The notes under the pieces were generated by a model. That model saw only the letters and a program-made list of their open reading frames with translations. It did no database searches and was not told where the DNA came from. From an uncultured Lentisphaerales bacterium (GTDB taxonomy: Bacteria; Verrucomicrobiota; Kiritimatiellia; RFP12; UBA3636), in the NCBI GenBank assembly GCA_964553035.1, contig CAZKJH010000001.1, positions 7,020 to 71,019 of the forward strand: a stretch of 64,000 nt of DNA, read 5' to 3'. Below are positions 1-9,821 of this stretch, one piece after another. Each line of letters begins with the position of its first letter. The first letter of the stretch is position 1. Both the position numbers and the translations under genes were made by a program.

Positions 1-771
1 GACAGCTATTTTAAACGTTGGCTCGCGAAGCGATGAAACCTCCACATTAAACGGATCGAAACCATGTAGCAACCGATGCTCTGAAAACCAAATTCGATGT
101 TTTGCTTTAACTTTGACTTTCCAAGGTTTGTCTCCGTCAAAGGCTACTGCAGGAAAATCATTCGGTCCGAACCGTTTTAGCCGATCTGCCAAAAGGCAGA
201 CATCTTCTGGGTTTCGCGAAAATGTTGCAATAAGAACGCCATCGACCATATCGAGGCCAAGCATCATGAAACTTCCATATTCGTAGGGTACTTCAACGAG
301 AAGGTAGCGCGTTCCATTAGGTGTCACGTCGAGTTTACCGAGACCAGGCACCCACTTCATGCGCCAGAGCAACTCCATGATCTTGGCCTTCCATCCCACA
401 TAGCTCGCAGCGGCAAGATAACCGTCTGGGACTAAATTTTGATAGGTTTGGGGCACTACTCCTGCGTTGGGCTGCGGCACAAACCCTGCAACCGTATGGC
501 GTCCACTAAGCCAATACATCGTGTGATAGATTCCTGATTTTTTCTTCAGCTTTTCTGCGTCTTCTAGTCCGAAGCCTTTCATGACTGCCAGCAGGGTCTC
601 GTTATTCACGAGTCCTTTCCATTCAGATGCCAACCCATCGTGATACGTTGCGACGGTGGCTTCAGCGGGAATCGCCATATAAAGCGAATCCATACGCTTA
701 GGATACCAGAAGAACCATACCACGCAAGCCAGCACAAACACCTTCAGCCAAGTGCGCTGTCTGACTGACAC
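1..771 (-). CDS. partial CDS (C-terminus lies beyond window start); hypothetical membrane-anchored protein with N-terminal TM helix (VFVLACVVWFFW)
   Basis: Hand translation of the minus strand shows an uninterrupted frame from ~771 (GTG/TTG start, no in-frame ATG) to position 1. It is absent from the ORF track because there is no in-window stop. Confidence 0.45.
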   Translation of the reverse strand, partial: MSVRQRTWLKVFVLACVVWFFWYPKRMDSLYMAIPAEATVATYHDGLASEWKGLVNNETLLAVMKGFGLEDAEKLKKKSGIYHTMYWLSGRHTVAGFVPQPNAGVVPQTYQNLVPDGYLAAASYVGWKAKIMELLWRMKWVPGLGKLDVTPNGTRYLLVEVPYEYGSFMMLGLDMVDGVLIATFSRNPEDVCLLADRLKRFGPNDFPAVAFDGDKPWKVKVKAKHRIWFSEHRLLHGFDPFNVEVSSLREPTFKIAV

Positions 772-996
772 ATTTTTTTTGACGATGCAACTCAAATATG
801 GTTTTATCACAATTCTAGTCCTATGTTCGTTTCAAGATACACCTGCTGCATCACAAGACCTGAGTTCTTGAGAGCAAGGTGTTCCCACTCATGAGGTTCA
901 TTTTACCCCTTCTCTCCATCGGATGTCAATCCCCGAGAGTGGTGAGCTGACAGCCGGTGAGTTGACAGCCCTACTCGCCTGTTTAGGCGATTAGCT

Positions 997-1025
997 TTGC
1001 GTCAAGATACCCAATGTTGTAGAAT
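997..1025 (+). promoter_or_regulatory. putative sigma70-like promoter TTGCGT-17bp-TAGAAT for the gene at 1127
   Basis: Hexamers and spacing read directly from the sequence ~100 nt upstream of the start codon; preceded by two tandem 15-mers GTGAGYTGACAGCC. Confidence 0.3.
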
Positions 1026-1126
1026 CAAAGATGTTTGTTTGTCCGTAGGATAAGTCAAATCAGTCAGCCTGCGGAAATCCATCAATGTTAAACGGACTCA
1101 ATTCACCGCAGAGGAGATATATCAAA

Positions 1127-2239
1127 ATGACGAACCTCTTTTCCGACGAAGACTGGAACCGACTCGAACTCAATTGGAGTGCTTGGTGGAACCACGATCT
1201 CGAACGACCCATTCTCACCACGCGAAGAACAACTCCGACAGAGCGCAAACGACCGTCCTGGTGGGGTGGAAAATTTGGCAAGATTCCATTCGAGGTTCCT
1301 GTCGAGGCCATCGCAGATGAAATATGGGACGACATATGCCGAACAACCTATAGCGGCGATGCATGGCCTCGCACATGGATTGACTTCGGCCCCGGCATCG
1401 CCGCAGCCTATTTTGGCGGATCTGTTGATCCGGCGACGGACACCCTTTGGTTTTTGCCGGGGATCTGGAAAGACAAACCTTTGCGTGAAATCAAACCTGT
1501 TTATGACCCCGAAAATAAATGGTGGCGTCGTACGCAAGATCTGACCCGAGCCTGCCTGACGAAATTCGAAGGCCGAGCACAAGTGGGCTTCACCGATATC
1601 GGCGGTAATCTCGATATCGCCGCATCGCTCCGTGAGACCCAATCGCTCCTCACAGATACCCTCGACGATCCGGAAGGCGTTGACGAGTTGTGCCGGTGCA
1701 TCACCCCACTGTGGTTGCGCTACTACCGCGAACACTGCACTATGATCGAACCTGCAAGACGTGGCACGAGTTCTTGGGCCGCCCTGTGGAGTCCGAAGCG
1801 CACCTATATGATGCAAAGCGACTTCTCCTACATGATCAGTCCTGACCAGTTCGAAAGATGGGTCGCCCCCGATATTGCAGAATGCTCTAAAAACATGGAA
1901 CATGCTTTCTACCACCTCGACGGCAAAGGCGAACTCCCACATCTTGACATCCTGCTCTCGATCCCCGAGCTAAGGGGGATTCAGTGGGTTCCCGGCGATG
2001 GTCAACCGCCCTCTGCCGATCCGATCTGGTGGCCGGTACTAAAACGCATCCGCGCTGCCGGCAAACTGGTACAGTTGGACTCTCCTGCCGTCGCAGTCCT
2101 CGCTATGGCGAAAGAAGTACCACTCACAGGCTTTGTCTTAAACCTTTTGACAGAAGAACATGCTAACAAAGAAGAAATCATCGCCCAAATTCAGAAAGAA
2201 AATGCCATCTTAAGGGCCAAAACACACGTGCAAGTCTAA
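1127..2239 (+). CDS. uroporphyrinogen decarboxylase (URO-D) family protein, MtaA/CmuA-like methyltransferase fold
   Basis: ORF track 1085..2239. Start moved to the ATG at 1127, which is preceded by GAGGAG. C-terminal HLDGKG...IQWVPGDG region is typical of the URO-D family. Confidence 0.6.
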   Translation: MTNLFSDEDWNRLELNWSAWWNHDLERPILTTRRTTPTERKRPSWWGGKFGKIPFEVPVEAIADEIWDDICRTTYSGDAWPRTWIDFGPGIAAAYFGGSVDPATDTLWFLPGIWKDKPLREIKPVYDPENKWWRRTQDLTRACLTKFEGRAQVGFTDIGGNLDIAASLRETQSLLTDTLDDPEGVDELCRCITPLWLRYYREHCTMIEPARRGTSSWAALWSPKRTYMMQSDFSYMISPDQFERWVAPDIAECSKNMEHAFYHLDGKGELPHLDILLSIPELRGIQWVPGDGQPPSADPIWWPVLKRIRAAGKLVQLDSPAVAVLAMAKEVPLTGFVLNLLTEEHANKEEIIAQIQKENAILRAKTHVQV

Positions 2240-2280
2240 CCGGTCTTACTCTAGTTCCGACCATCCTCTCGTGGTTTCCG

Positions 2281-2345
2281 ACCTCAATCCGTAATTCATC
2301 ATTCAAAATCCGTAATTCATCATTCATAATCCGTAATTCTTTAAC
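2281..2345 (+). repeat. intergenic tandem repeat, ~21-nt unit ATCCGTAATTCATCATTCAWA x2.6
   Basis: Seen directly; lies 35-100 nt upstream of the 2381 start codon. Confidence 0.7.
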
Positions 2346-2380
2346 TTCCAACATTTTACTCCACCATTGAGCAACCAACT

Positions 2381-3403
2381 ATGAGAAAGCCAGACTTCGA
2401 CAACATTCTCGCCGTCCTTGAACGCAAAAAACCATCACGCCCTACTCTCTTTGAATTTTTTCTTAATGATCCTTTGAACGAACGGCTCACCGGAGAAAAA
2501 CTCAGCGTAGACAGTACCCCCTTGGAGCGCAACCGGCGCAATATGCATGCCTACTATAAAGCTGGGTATGACTACGTACCGATTCTTACCGGGTTTGGCT
2601 TCAAATCCAGGAGTCACATTCATTCAGAAAAAACCATCTCCTTGAATGAAGGCTTCAGGATCACGGATCGCGCCAGTTTCGAAGCTGAGCCATGGGCCAA
2701 TCCCGAAGATGGAGACTACTCTGCAATCGACTGCCTCGGCAAAGAACTGCCTGAGGGGATGAAGTTTATTGGTTTCGGCCCGGGTGGCGTACTCGAAAAT
2801 CTCATCGCCCTTATGGGCTTCGACAATCTTTGCTTCATGCTTGTAGACGATCCCGAACTTGCACAAGATGTCGTTGACGCTATCGGCAGCCGACTTGTCA
2901 GACATTATCAAATGCTGTCACAGTTCGACACCATTGGAGCCATGATTTCCAACGACGACTGGGGGTTTAAAACCCAAACCATGTTGTCGCCTGCTCAGAT
3001 GAGAAAATACATCATCCCATGGCATCGAGAAATTGTTAAAACCATTCATAAGGCTGGTCGTCCCACGATCCTGCACGCCTGTGGAAACCTCGGTGTTTTG
3101 ATGGAAGACATTATTGAGGACATCGGCTATGATGCTAAACATTCCTACGAAGATGCCATCTTGCCTGTGGAGGCAGCGTATGAAAAATGGGGGGATCGAA
3201 TCGCAATTCTCGGCGGAATCGACGTCGGCTTCCTCTGTCAGAATCCGCCTGACGTCATCCGCGAAAGGAGCCGAAAAATGCTCGCTCTGACCTCAGAAAG
3301 AGGTGGCTATGCCCTCGGCTCAGGCAACAGCATTCCCGACTACGTCCCACAAGATAGCTATCTCGCCATGATCTCGGCTGCAATTGACAGTTTTACACGC
3401 TAA
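2381..3403 (+). CDS. URO-D family protein (second paralog)
   Basis: 340-aa ORF; ILHACGN and GGIDVG motifs typical of URO-D/MtaA-like TIM barrels. Confidence 0.6.
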   Translation: MRKPDFDNILAVLERKKPSRPTLFEFFLNDPLNERLTGEKLSVDSTPLERNRRNMHAYYKAGYDYVPILTGFGFKSRSHIHSEKTISLNEGFRITDRASFEAEPWANPEDGDYSAIDCLGKELPEGMKFIGFGPGGVLENLIALMGFDNLCFMLVDDPELAQDVVDAIGSRLVRHYQMLSQFDTIGAMISNDDWGFKTQTMLSPAQMRKYIIPWHREIVKTIHKAGRPTILHACGNLGVLMEDIIEDIGYDAKHSYEDAILPVEAAYEKWGDRIAILGGIDVGFLCQNPPDVIRERSRKMLALTSERGGYALGSGNSIPDYVPQDSYLAMISAAIDSFTR

Positions 3404-3430
3404 CCTCTTCATTATCACAGGATTCACCCT

Positions 3431-4717
3431 ATGCCCACATCGCATCGCCATGAAGTTCAATCCGGTCGACCCGGCACGAGCAGCATCCCGTTGATTCGTG
3501 AAATCTGGGAGCGTGGATTATCAGTTTTGAAACCCTCTGCAGCCGAGTTGGAAAAAGGCTTGGCTCTGCATGATGAGGCCTTAGTCATTGACACCTTTGG
3601 GTTTCTTCCCATGGGCTGGAATGCGCAGGCTTCTCAGGATTGGAACGCCTCAGTGGATGCCAATCTGGGAAGTGATCGGTTTCACTTTAAAGGTGGAATG
3701 ATCCGGGCTCTTTCTCCGACGTTTGATGAATCGAGCGGGTTAGATTTTCTGGAAGCCATCCGGGTTTCCGGTTTGACTGGGATGTTCCACTCTGCTGGTG
3801 AGGCAAAATCGCACGACGAGGATGTTAAACGCCTAGCTGCTGGCGCCCATATCTGCGGATGGTTTGGCGACCAAGTCGGGCAAGTCAGACGACCGGATGA
3901 TTTTCAGCGTGCTTGGGAAAAGAAACGTTTTGGTGTGGCCTTCAGCGTGAATGGTCCACCCTGTCCCGGACACCTTAATTTTCTTGAAGAAGAAATTCAA
4001 TGGCTTTCAACCTGGTATCATCTGGGGGTTCGCCTAATGCACTTGTCCTACAATCGGCAAAACATCATTGCCACCGGCTGCGCAGAGCGGAATGATGCTG
4101 GACTGAGTGAATTCGGCTATGAATTCGTCCGAATACTGAATCAGGTCGGAATCATTGTGGATGTACCTCATTCCAGTGAGAACACCGCTTTGCAAGCGGC
4201 AGAGACATCAGTGAAGCCCATCATAGCCAGCCACGTTTGTTGTCGTGCAATCTATGATCACATGCGTAACAAAAGTGACAAAGTTTTGAAAGCTATCGCG
4301 AGCACAGACGGATTGGTCGGCATTACTTCACGACCGTCTTTCCTCGGACCTGAGGCCACTGTGTCCACGCTCTTGGACCATCTGGATCATGCCATCAAAA
4401 CGATCGGAGAAGACCACGTCGCCATCGGGACTGACACAAACTATGTCCCACCGTATGGGGAGGACATCAAGCCCAGACCTCATGGCCGATTTTCAGAAAA
4501 ATGGTGGGGAGCTTGGTGGCAACAAAAACGCCACGCATCTACCGGATCGGAGGATCATCGCTATGGCAGCCTCGCCTGGACTAATTGGCCTCTGATCACC
4601 GTTGGCATGGTTATGCGAGGTTACAAAGAAGAAACGATTCGCAAGATTCTTGGCCTCAACTTGCTCCGGGTGATGAAAGCCAATCAGCCTGAAGTTTTCG
4701 TGCTCCCGACGCCTTAG
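3431..4717 (+). CDS. membrane dipeptidase, peptidase family M19 (renal dipeptidase-like)
   Basis: 428-aa ORF; HLSYNRQN and DVPHSSE motifs resemble M19 metal-binding regions. Confidence 0.55.
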   Translation: MPTSHRHEVQSGRPGTSSIPLIREIWERGLSVLKPSAAELEKGLALHDEALVIDTFGFLPMGWNAQASQDWNASVDANLGSDRFHFKGGMIRALSPTFDESSGLDFLEAIRVSGLTGMFHSAGEAKSHDEDVKRLAAGAHICGWFGDQVGQVRRPDDFQRAWEKKRFGVAFSVNGPPCPGHLNFLEEEIQWLSTWYHLGVRLMHLSYNRQNIIATGCAERNDAGLSEFGYEFVRILNQVGIIVDVPHSSENTALQAAETSVKPIIASHVCCRAIYDHMRNKSDKVLKAIASTDGLVGITSRPSFLGPEATVSTLLDHLDHAIKTIGEDHVAIGTDTNYVPPYGEDIKPRPHGRFSEKWWGAWWQQKRHASTGSEDHRYGSLAWTNWPLITVGMVMRGYKEETIRKILGLNLLRVMKANQPEVFVLPTP

Positions 4718-4722
4718 TTTTT

Positions 4723-6426
4723 CTAGCTAGAGGCAAATACCTGATCAAGATTGAGCGTGTAACGGACAGATCGGCTAAACGGTTTGAAGCCCGCACCTTC
4801 ATAGACCGTGCGAGCTGGAGCATGACCGGGATCCATGCCGGTGACGACTTCGACCTCGTTCCGACCTTCTTCCCGTAGGCGGATCAGTGCAGCGTGAAGC
4901 AACGCTTTTCCAAGTCCTTCGCCTAGAAAATCGGGGTCGACGGCATTGTAGCCGATCTCTGCCAGTCCAGTAAAAGCATCCACGCGATAAGAGGTAAAGC
5001 CGGCGAGGCGATCTTCTTTTCGGATCAGAAGTGCTTTAACATCTGATTGCTTCAGATAGTCTCGCACGGATGCTTCGATGTGATCCTGCCAAGGCATTCC
5101 GAGTATGCGTCCGTATGCTTTTTCTCGGTGAGAAGCCGCCCCCATCGTCCAGGTTGCTCGAACCAATTTCACGATTTCATCGAGATCTTCAGATGTGCAT
5201 TCCTCCACGTTGGGTATCGGGATTTCCTGCAATCCTTGGAGCAACACAACCATCAGGATGGCTTCGGCATCATCGCTCATGTTTTCCAGTTTTTGAAAAT
5301 CAATTATATTCAGCGCATCCTGAGGAGAATGGAGCGGATAGTGCCGCACACCACTGTCAGCTCCACCGTCGCAGAATATAAGCGTCGGAATTCCGTGATC
5401 GTGAAAGATCCCATGATCGCTGCCACGACGGAAAGGCAGAACCCGTACGCCAGACTTCACCGCCTGTTTTTTGACAATGGAACGCAGTGCCGCCGAGCGG
5501 CCGACCCTCGCTTCTGGAATCGTCAGATAAGTCCCTAGACCGTCGAAACAAAACATCGCTTTGATCGGCTCGGCGCGATGCGCCTGTCCATAGCAGTACC
5601 CGCCAATACCGTAACCGGGCCCACCGTATTCCTCGCCTCCGAAAGCAACAAAATCGACATCCCATTCCGCCATTTGTCCACGCAGAGCCAAAGCCAGTTC
5701 CAGCAAAACCGCCACGCCAGAAGCATTGTCGGCTGCGCCCGGAATCCCTGGAGAGGTATCATAATGGGCACCGAGAACTAGCTTGCCTCGCGAAGGGGCA
5801 GAGGCATGATGACGCGCAATGACGTTGCAGGAGGTGTGAGAGAATGTTTCCGCCTCAAGACAAAGAGACACCTGGGCTCCTTCCTCTCGTGCAAGACGCA
5901 AGGCAGTACGCTGGCTAACGGTAAAAACCAGCATTTTCTTTAAATTCGGCGAGCGTACGATCTTTGTGGAGTAGGTGTCGTTGTAGGGACTGTTGATGAT
6001 GAAAGCCACCGCACCGGCCTGCTCCAAACGTTCAGCCAATGCGTTGGTATCGGCTACTTGCGCGAAATCGAAATTTCCAGCGAAAGCGACTTTGCCAGCA
6101 AACTTTTCTAAGGAGTCGGCATCTCGGGCAGTCCAAAAAGTTTTCAACTCGGCCTCCACGATTCCTCCCGGACTGAAATAGCAAGGAGCAGCATCAATGC
6201 ATTCTCCATTTGAGAGCTTCATTTCATGTGCTCCGCAGTGCCATCCGGGAGTGGCAAAGGCTTCCCGCACCACTTGATAGCCTGCATCTCGAAATTTCTT
6301 TTCAACGAAGTCCTGAGCCAGAACTTCGCCACGCGAGCCCAAGGCGCGTTCGCCAATCGTCTCGCTCAAATGCATCAAGTTCTTCCGAAGATTCTTATTC
6401 CGAGCAGAAAGTGAGTTTGTATTCAT
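4723..6426 (-). CDS. fusion protein: M28 family aminopeptidase domain (N-terminal) + GNAT N-acetyltransferase domain (C-terminal)
   Basis: 567-aa ORF; GADDNASGVAVLLELA and GGEEYGG motifs (M28), then C-terminal LGEGLGKALLHAAL...GAGFKP acetyl-CoA binding motif (GNAT). Confidence 0.6.
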   Translation of the reverse strand: MNTNSLSARNKNLRKNLMHLSETIGERALGSRGEVLAQDFVEKKFRDAGYQVVREAFATPGWHCGAHEMKLSNGECIDAAPCYFSPGGIVEAELKTFWTARDADSLEKFAGKVAFAGNFDFAQVADTNALAERLEQAGAVAFIINSPYNDTYSTKIVRSPNLKKMLVFTVSQRTALRLAREEGAQVSLCLEAETFSHTSCNVIARHHASAPSRGKLVLGAHYDTSPGIPGAADNASGVAVLLELALALRGQMAEWDVDFVAFGGEEYGGPGYGIGGYCYGQAHRAEPIKAMFCFDGLGTYLTIPEARVGRSAALRSIVKKQAVKSGVRVLPFRRGSDHGIFHDHGIPTLIFCDGGADSGVRHYPLHSPQDALNIIDFQKLENMSDDAEAILMVVLLQGLQEIPIPNVEECTSEDLDEIVKLVRATWTMGAASHREKAYGRILGMPWQDHIEASVRDYLKQSDVKALLIRKEDRLAGFTSYRVDAFTGLAEIGYNAVDPDFLGEGLGKALLHAALIRLREEGRNEVEVVTGMDPGHAPARTVYEGAGFKPFSRSVRYTLNLDQVFASS

Positions 6427-6718
6427 TGCGGCTTTCTAATATTTACCGTAACCGTTCACAGGTGTGTATTACGGTGACCGTTTACGGTGTGTACTGACCG
6501 ACTCAAAAAACCACCGGTCGGGTGCGAATCCTCAAGTGGGTTACTTGACCCTGAAGCGAACTTCATTTGCGTTAAATGTAGCTCTTCCCCTCAAAAAGTG
6601 CAAGTTAAAAACATTTTCCAACTGGACTCAACAAGTCGATTGCTGTAAACTTTGTGCCGTGCAGTTGAGACGTAACATCTTACAAAAGCTTGAGATGAGA
6701 GATGAAAAAGAGGAATAC

Positions 6719-7465
6719 ATGAGGCCAATAATAGGATTGAATTGCGATGTCGCTTTGTACGGCGAAAGATTGAGAATTGAGTTGTGGCAGGGTTACGCTC
6801 AAGCGGTCGAACGAGCTGGCGGCATGCCCATTTTGCTACCGCCGACAAATGACGATGATTTGATTCAGGCGCAGATCGGTTTGATCAGTGGTCTCGTATT
6901 GATCGGCGGAGCTGACTATGATCCGAGTTTGTATGGAGCCGAACTGCATCCGAAGACTGCACTTGTGCAAGCGACTCGGGGCGCATACGATTTTAAGCTG
7001 GCTAACGCTGCCCTCCAACAGAAGTTGCCCACATTGGGGATCTGCGGTGGAATGCAGCTTGTGAACATTGTTCGAGGTGGCATCTTGCACACGCACTTGC
7101 CGGATGTGGTTGGCGATGAGGTGAGACATGCTGTCGCCTCGGTCACTGACGCTCACGAGGTAACCATCGAGACGGGGTCACGCCTCGCGGCAGCCGTCGG
7201 CAAGTCACGGCTTACTGTAAATTCATCGCACCACCAAGCTGTTGCTCGTATTGGCCGGGGCCTACACGTCACCGCCCGCAGTGTTCTGGACAACGTTATC
7301 GAAGCCATCGAGTCTACAGAAGCGGATGAGTTTTTGCTCTGCCTTCAGTGGCATCCGGAGCGACTTATCGACCGACCGCAGCATCTCGCTTTGTTTGAGG
7401 CGCTGGTTCAGGCGTCCGACAAGGTTGGCGAGACTGCCAGAAAATTAACTAAAAAACCGCGCTGA
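6719..7465 (+). CDS. gamma-glutamyl hydrolase / class I glutamine amidotransferase-like protein (peptidase C26, PuuD-like)
   Basis: GICGGMQ nucleophile-elbow motif and HH pair. Start moved to the internal ATG (MRPIIGL), which is preceded by AAGAGGA; the track ORF starts at 6464. Confidence 0.55.
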   Translation: MRPIIGLNCDVALYGERLRIELWQGYAQAVERAGGMPILLPPTNDDDLIQAQIGLISGLVLIGGADYDPSLYGAELHPKTALVQATRGAYDFKLANAALQQKLPTLGICGGMQLVNIVRGGILHTHLPDVVGDEVRHAVASVTDAHEVTIETGSRLAAAVGKSRLTVNSSHHQAVARIGRGLHVTARSVLDNVIEAIESTEADEFLLCLQWHPERLIDRPQHLALFEALVQASDKVGETARKLTKKPR

Positions 7466-7517
7466 ACGACTATCTTTATCAATATTAAGAATGGCCCACT
7501 AATCTGAGGAAATCACG

Positions 7518-8564
7518 ATGTGCATGATGGCTGGATACATTGGTAATCGGACGGCTGCTCCGATTTTACTTGAAATGCTAAAACGACAGGAGGGCTTTGC
7601 CGGAGGGTATTACTCTGGACTGGCGACTCTCGATGAAGGTCGTCTTAGTATGGAAAAAGTTGTTGGTGACGTAGAGAATCTCTGTTCAAAAACTGCGGCT
7701 CTTTCCCTTCCTGGAACGATCGGAATTGCGCATAGCCGTACACCCAACGGTGGGGGTAGAGAATGGGCCCACCCCTTTGTGGATGAGCGAGAGGAGCTCG
7801 CTTATATTGCTAACGGTGCCGGAGGCAAGTACGTTGACTGTTCTTTACTTTTTCAAAAGTGCCTTAACCTCATGGAGTCGGGGTGCCGCTTTTGTAGTGC
7901 TCAACGCGAGCCTGTAAAATCATACCCCGCTTTAGACAATGGATTATATGTCCATTCTAGCGACTTAATGTGCCAAGCCATTGCCGATGCCTACACCAGA
8001 GAACCTGCCTTGCCAGAGAGCTTGCTGAGGGCTGGCTGCAACGCTTACGAGAGCTATCCGGCTGAAATTACAGGTCTTTGCCTCCACGCCGCTCATCCAG
8101 ATGAAATCGTAATATTGCGTCACAACAAACCGCTGATGGTTGGACGCAATGCGGAAGGCGAATTTTTCTTTGCTTCTTGCAGCCTCGGTTTTCCAGAAGG
8201 GGTCGAATGGAGGATGCGGATGCCACCCCTCTCTGGAGCACGGTTCCTTCGGAATGGGGAAATTGTGATTCGTCCTTTTTCATCTCCCAAGCTGATGCGT
8301 ATCGGAGAATTTCCTTCGCCTATTCGTATTGAAAAATCGGTTTTACAATTGCTCCGAGAACATGGAGCCTGTTCAATGCAGACACTCTTTGAGGCCGCTG
8401 CTGAACTCTATCCTGAAAACGTGCTTTCTGAGAAGGAGACGATTGTTTTCGAGGCACTAGCTGCCCTAAATACCGAAGAGGTCGTTACCTTTCCAACTCG
8501 CCCGCGAGAACCGCTAGAGGGACAGCCCGTCGCACCCCAAGTTTATGCCGATTTTAAGAGATAA
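7518..8564 (+). CDS. class II (Ntn-type) glutamine amidotransferase-like protein
   Basis: Begins MCMMAGYIG, giving the N-terminal Cys nucleophile after Met removal as in GlmS/AsnB GATase domains; 348 aa. Confidence 0.45.
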   Translation: MCMMAGYIGNRTAAPILLEMLKRQEGFAGGYYSGLATLDEGRLSMEKVVGDVENLCSKTAALSLPGTIGIAHSRTPNGGGREWAHPFVDEREELAYIANGAGGKYVDCSLLFQKCLNLMESGCRFCSAQREPVKSYPALDNGLYVHSSDLMCQAIADAYTREPALPESLLRAGCNAYESYPAEITGLCLHAAHPDEIVILRHNKPLMVGRNAEGEFFFASCSLGFPEGVEWRMRMPPLSGARFLRNGEIVIRPFSSPKLMRIGEFPSPIRIEKSVLQLLREHGACSMQTLFEAAAELYPENVLSEKETIVFEALAALNTEEVVTFPTRPREPLEGQPVAPQVYADFKR

Positions 8565-8608
8565 TTCATGATGTACTGCAGCGATGCACATACCCATCCG
8601 AATGGGCT

Positions 8609-9733
8609 CTAGCGCAGAGTAATCAGCGTCCCGTGAGGAAGGTACTCGTAGCAGCCCATATCTGGCGCACCGAACAGGCGAGAACGTCCGTCCAGATCTC
8701 GCGCAGTCGCCATCCAGACCAGATTGGTTCCGGTGTCACGGCAGGGTGAATTCCCTCGCAGATGCCAGTCGCCATTGGCGGTGTCCGTGAACAGCGGATC
8801 GGCCTGTGTGCAGTTGTTGCTCAGATACTGGGCTCCGTCCCCGCGTGAGTAGTAGGTGATCGTGTCGCCGTAATCGACATTGTTCCACGAGATGCAGTTC
8901 CATAGCGTGCAATTTCGCGTGCCGGGCGAGGTTCCTCCAATATTGTTCACAATGGTGCAGTTGTACAGGGTTGCGTCTCTGGCTCCACCACTGTTGATGG
9001 ACGTGTTACCCTCGATCAGGCAATTGTAGGCGCTTCCGCCGATGACTCCTCCGCCGCGCCGGTTGTTATCGACGGCATACAAAGCCTCATTTCCGCGAAC
9101 AACACAATTGTAAAGAACTGTGTTGTAGGATCCGCCGCCACGATAAGCTCGGTTACCCTCAACGTGGCAGTCATAGAGTATCCCGGAGTAAACTCCACCA
9201 CCATAGCGTGCTGAACAGCCACTGATCACGCAATTAGAAACGATGCTTACAACTCCTGAACAGAAAATTCCCCCTCCATCATAAGCAACGACAGAGGTCG
9301 TTGCGCCGTTGGTGAGCGTGAACCCTATCAACTGTGCACCGTTAACCATGGAGACGCAACGGACGGATTTCGGGTCATTGGTGCTGACCCCGTCCCAAGT
9401 GCCCTGAATGATCGCCGTGGCAGGATCGTTGTCTCGGCTGATCAACGTGATTGCTTTACTCAGGTACACTCGGTTAGTGTTGCCGCTGGCCCAGGTCGTG
9501 CCGCTGTCATAGATGCCGGGTGCGACGATTACCGAATCGCCGTTACCGGCTACGGCGGTATCAATTGCGGTTTGAATGTCAGGTGCCGCGTTGTCCCAGC
9601 CGTCGTAAGGCGACTGCGCGTTGGGGTTGTTCTTGACGACATAACGGTTGGTGACAGATCCAGCCTGAAGGAAGCCGACTGAGCATGAGCAACAGAGTAG
9701 GATCAACAGCAGACGTTGTAGGAATTGTTGCAT
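8609..9733 (-). CDS. secreted right-handed parallel beta-helix (pectin-lyase-fold) repeat protein
   Basis: Signal peptide MQQFLQRLLLILLCCSCSVG; repetitive NxxxxGN/GGG strands; C-terminal DWHLRxNSPCxDxG motif. Confidence 0.5.
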   Translation of the reverse strand: MQQFLQRLLLILLCCSCSVGFLQAGSVTNRYVVKNNPNAQSPYDGWDNAAPDIQTAIDTAVAGNGDSVIVAPGIYDSGTTWASGNTNRVYLSKAITLISRDNDPATAIIQGTWDGVSTNDPKSVRCVSMVNGAQLIGFTLTNGATTSVVAYDGGGIFCSGVVSIVSNCVISGCSARYGGGVYSGILYDCHVEGNRAYRGGGSYNTVLYNCVVRGNEALYAVDNNRRGGGVIGGSAYNCLIEGNTSINSGGARDATLYNCTIVNNIGGTSPGTRNCTLWNCISWNNVDYGDTITYYSRGDGAQYLSNNCTQADPLFTDTANGDWHLRGNSPCRDTGTNLVWMATARDLDGRSRLFGAPDMGCYEYLPHGTLITLR

Positions 9734-9821
9734 GGATATTCTCCTTGAATTGTTTGTTTAGGAATGCGTTTAGTAGTGTGAGATTAAGTGTGTCGGCAGT
9801 ATTGTCTGCAACGGGTATGGT

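Noticed and set aside
1103-1942. 279-aa minus-strand ORF
   Set aside because: It lies entirely antisense within the URO-D-family gene. It has no motif support, and the sense-strand gene has strong family signatures.
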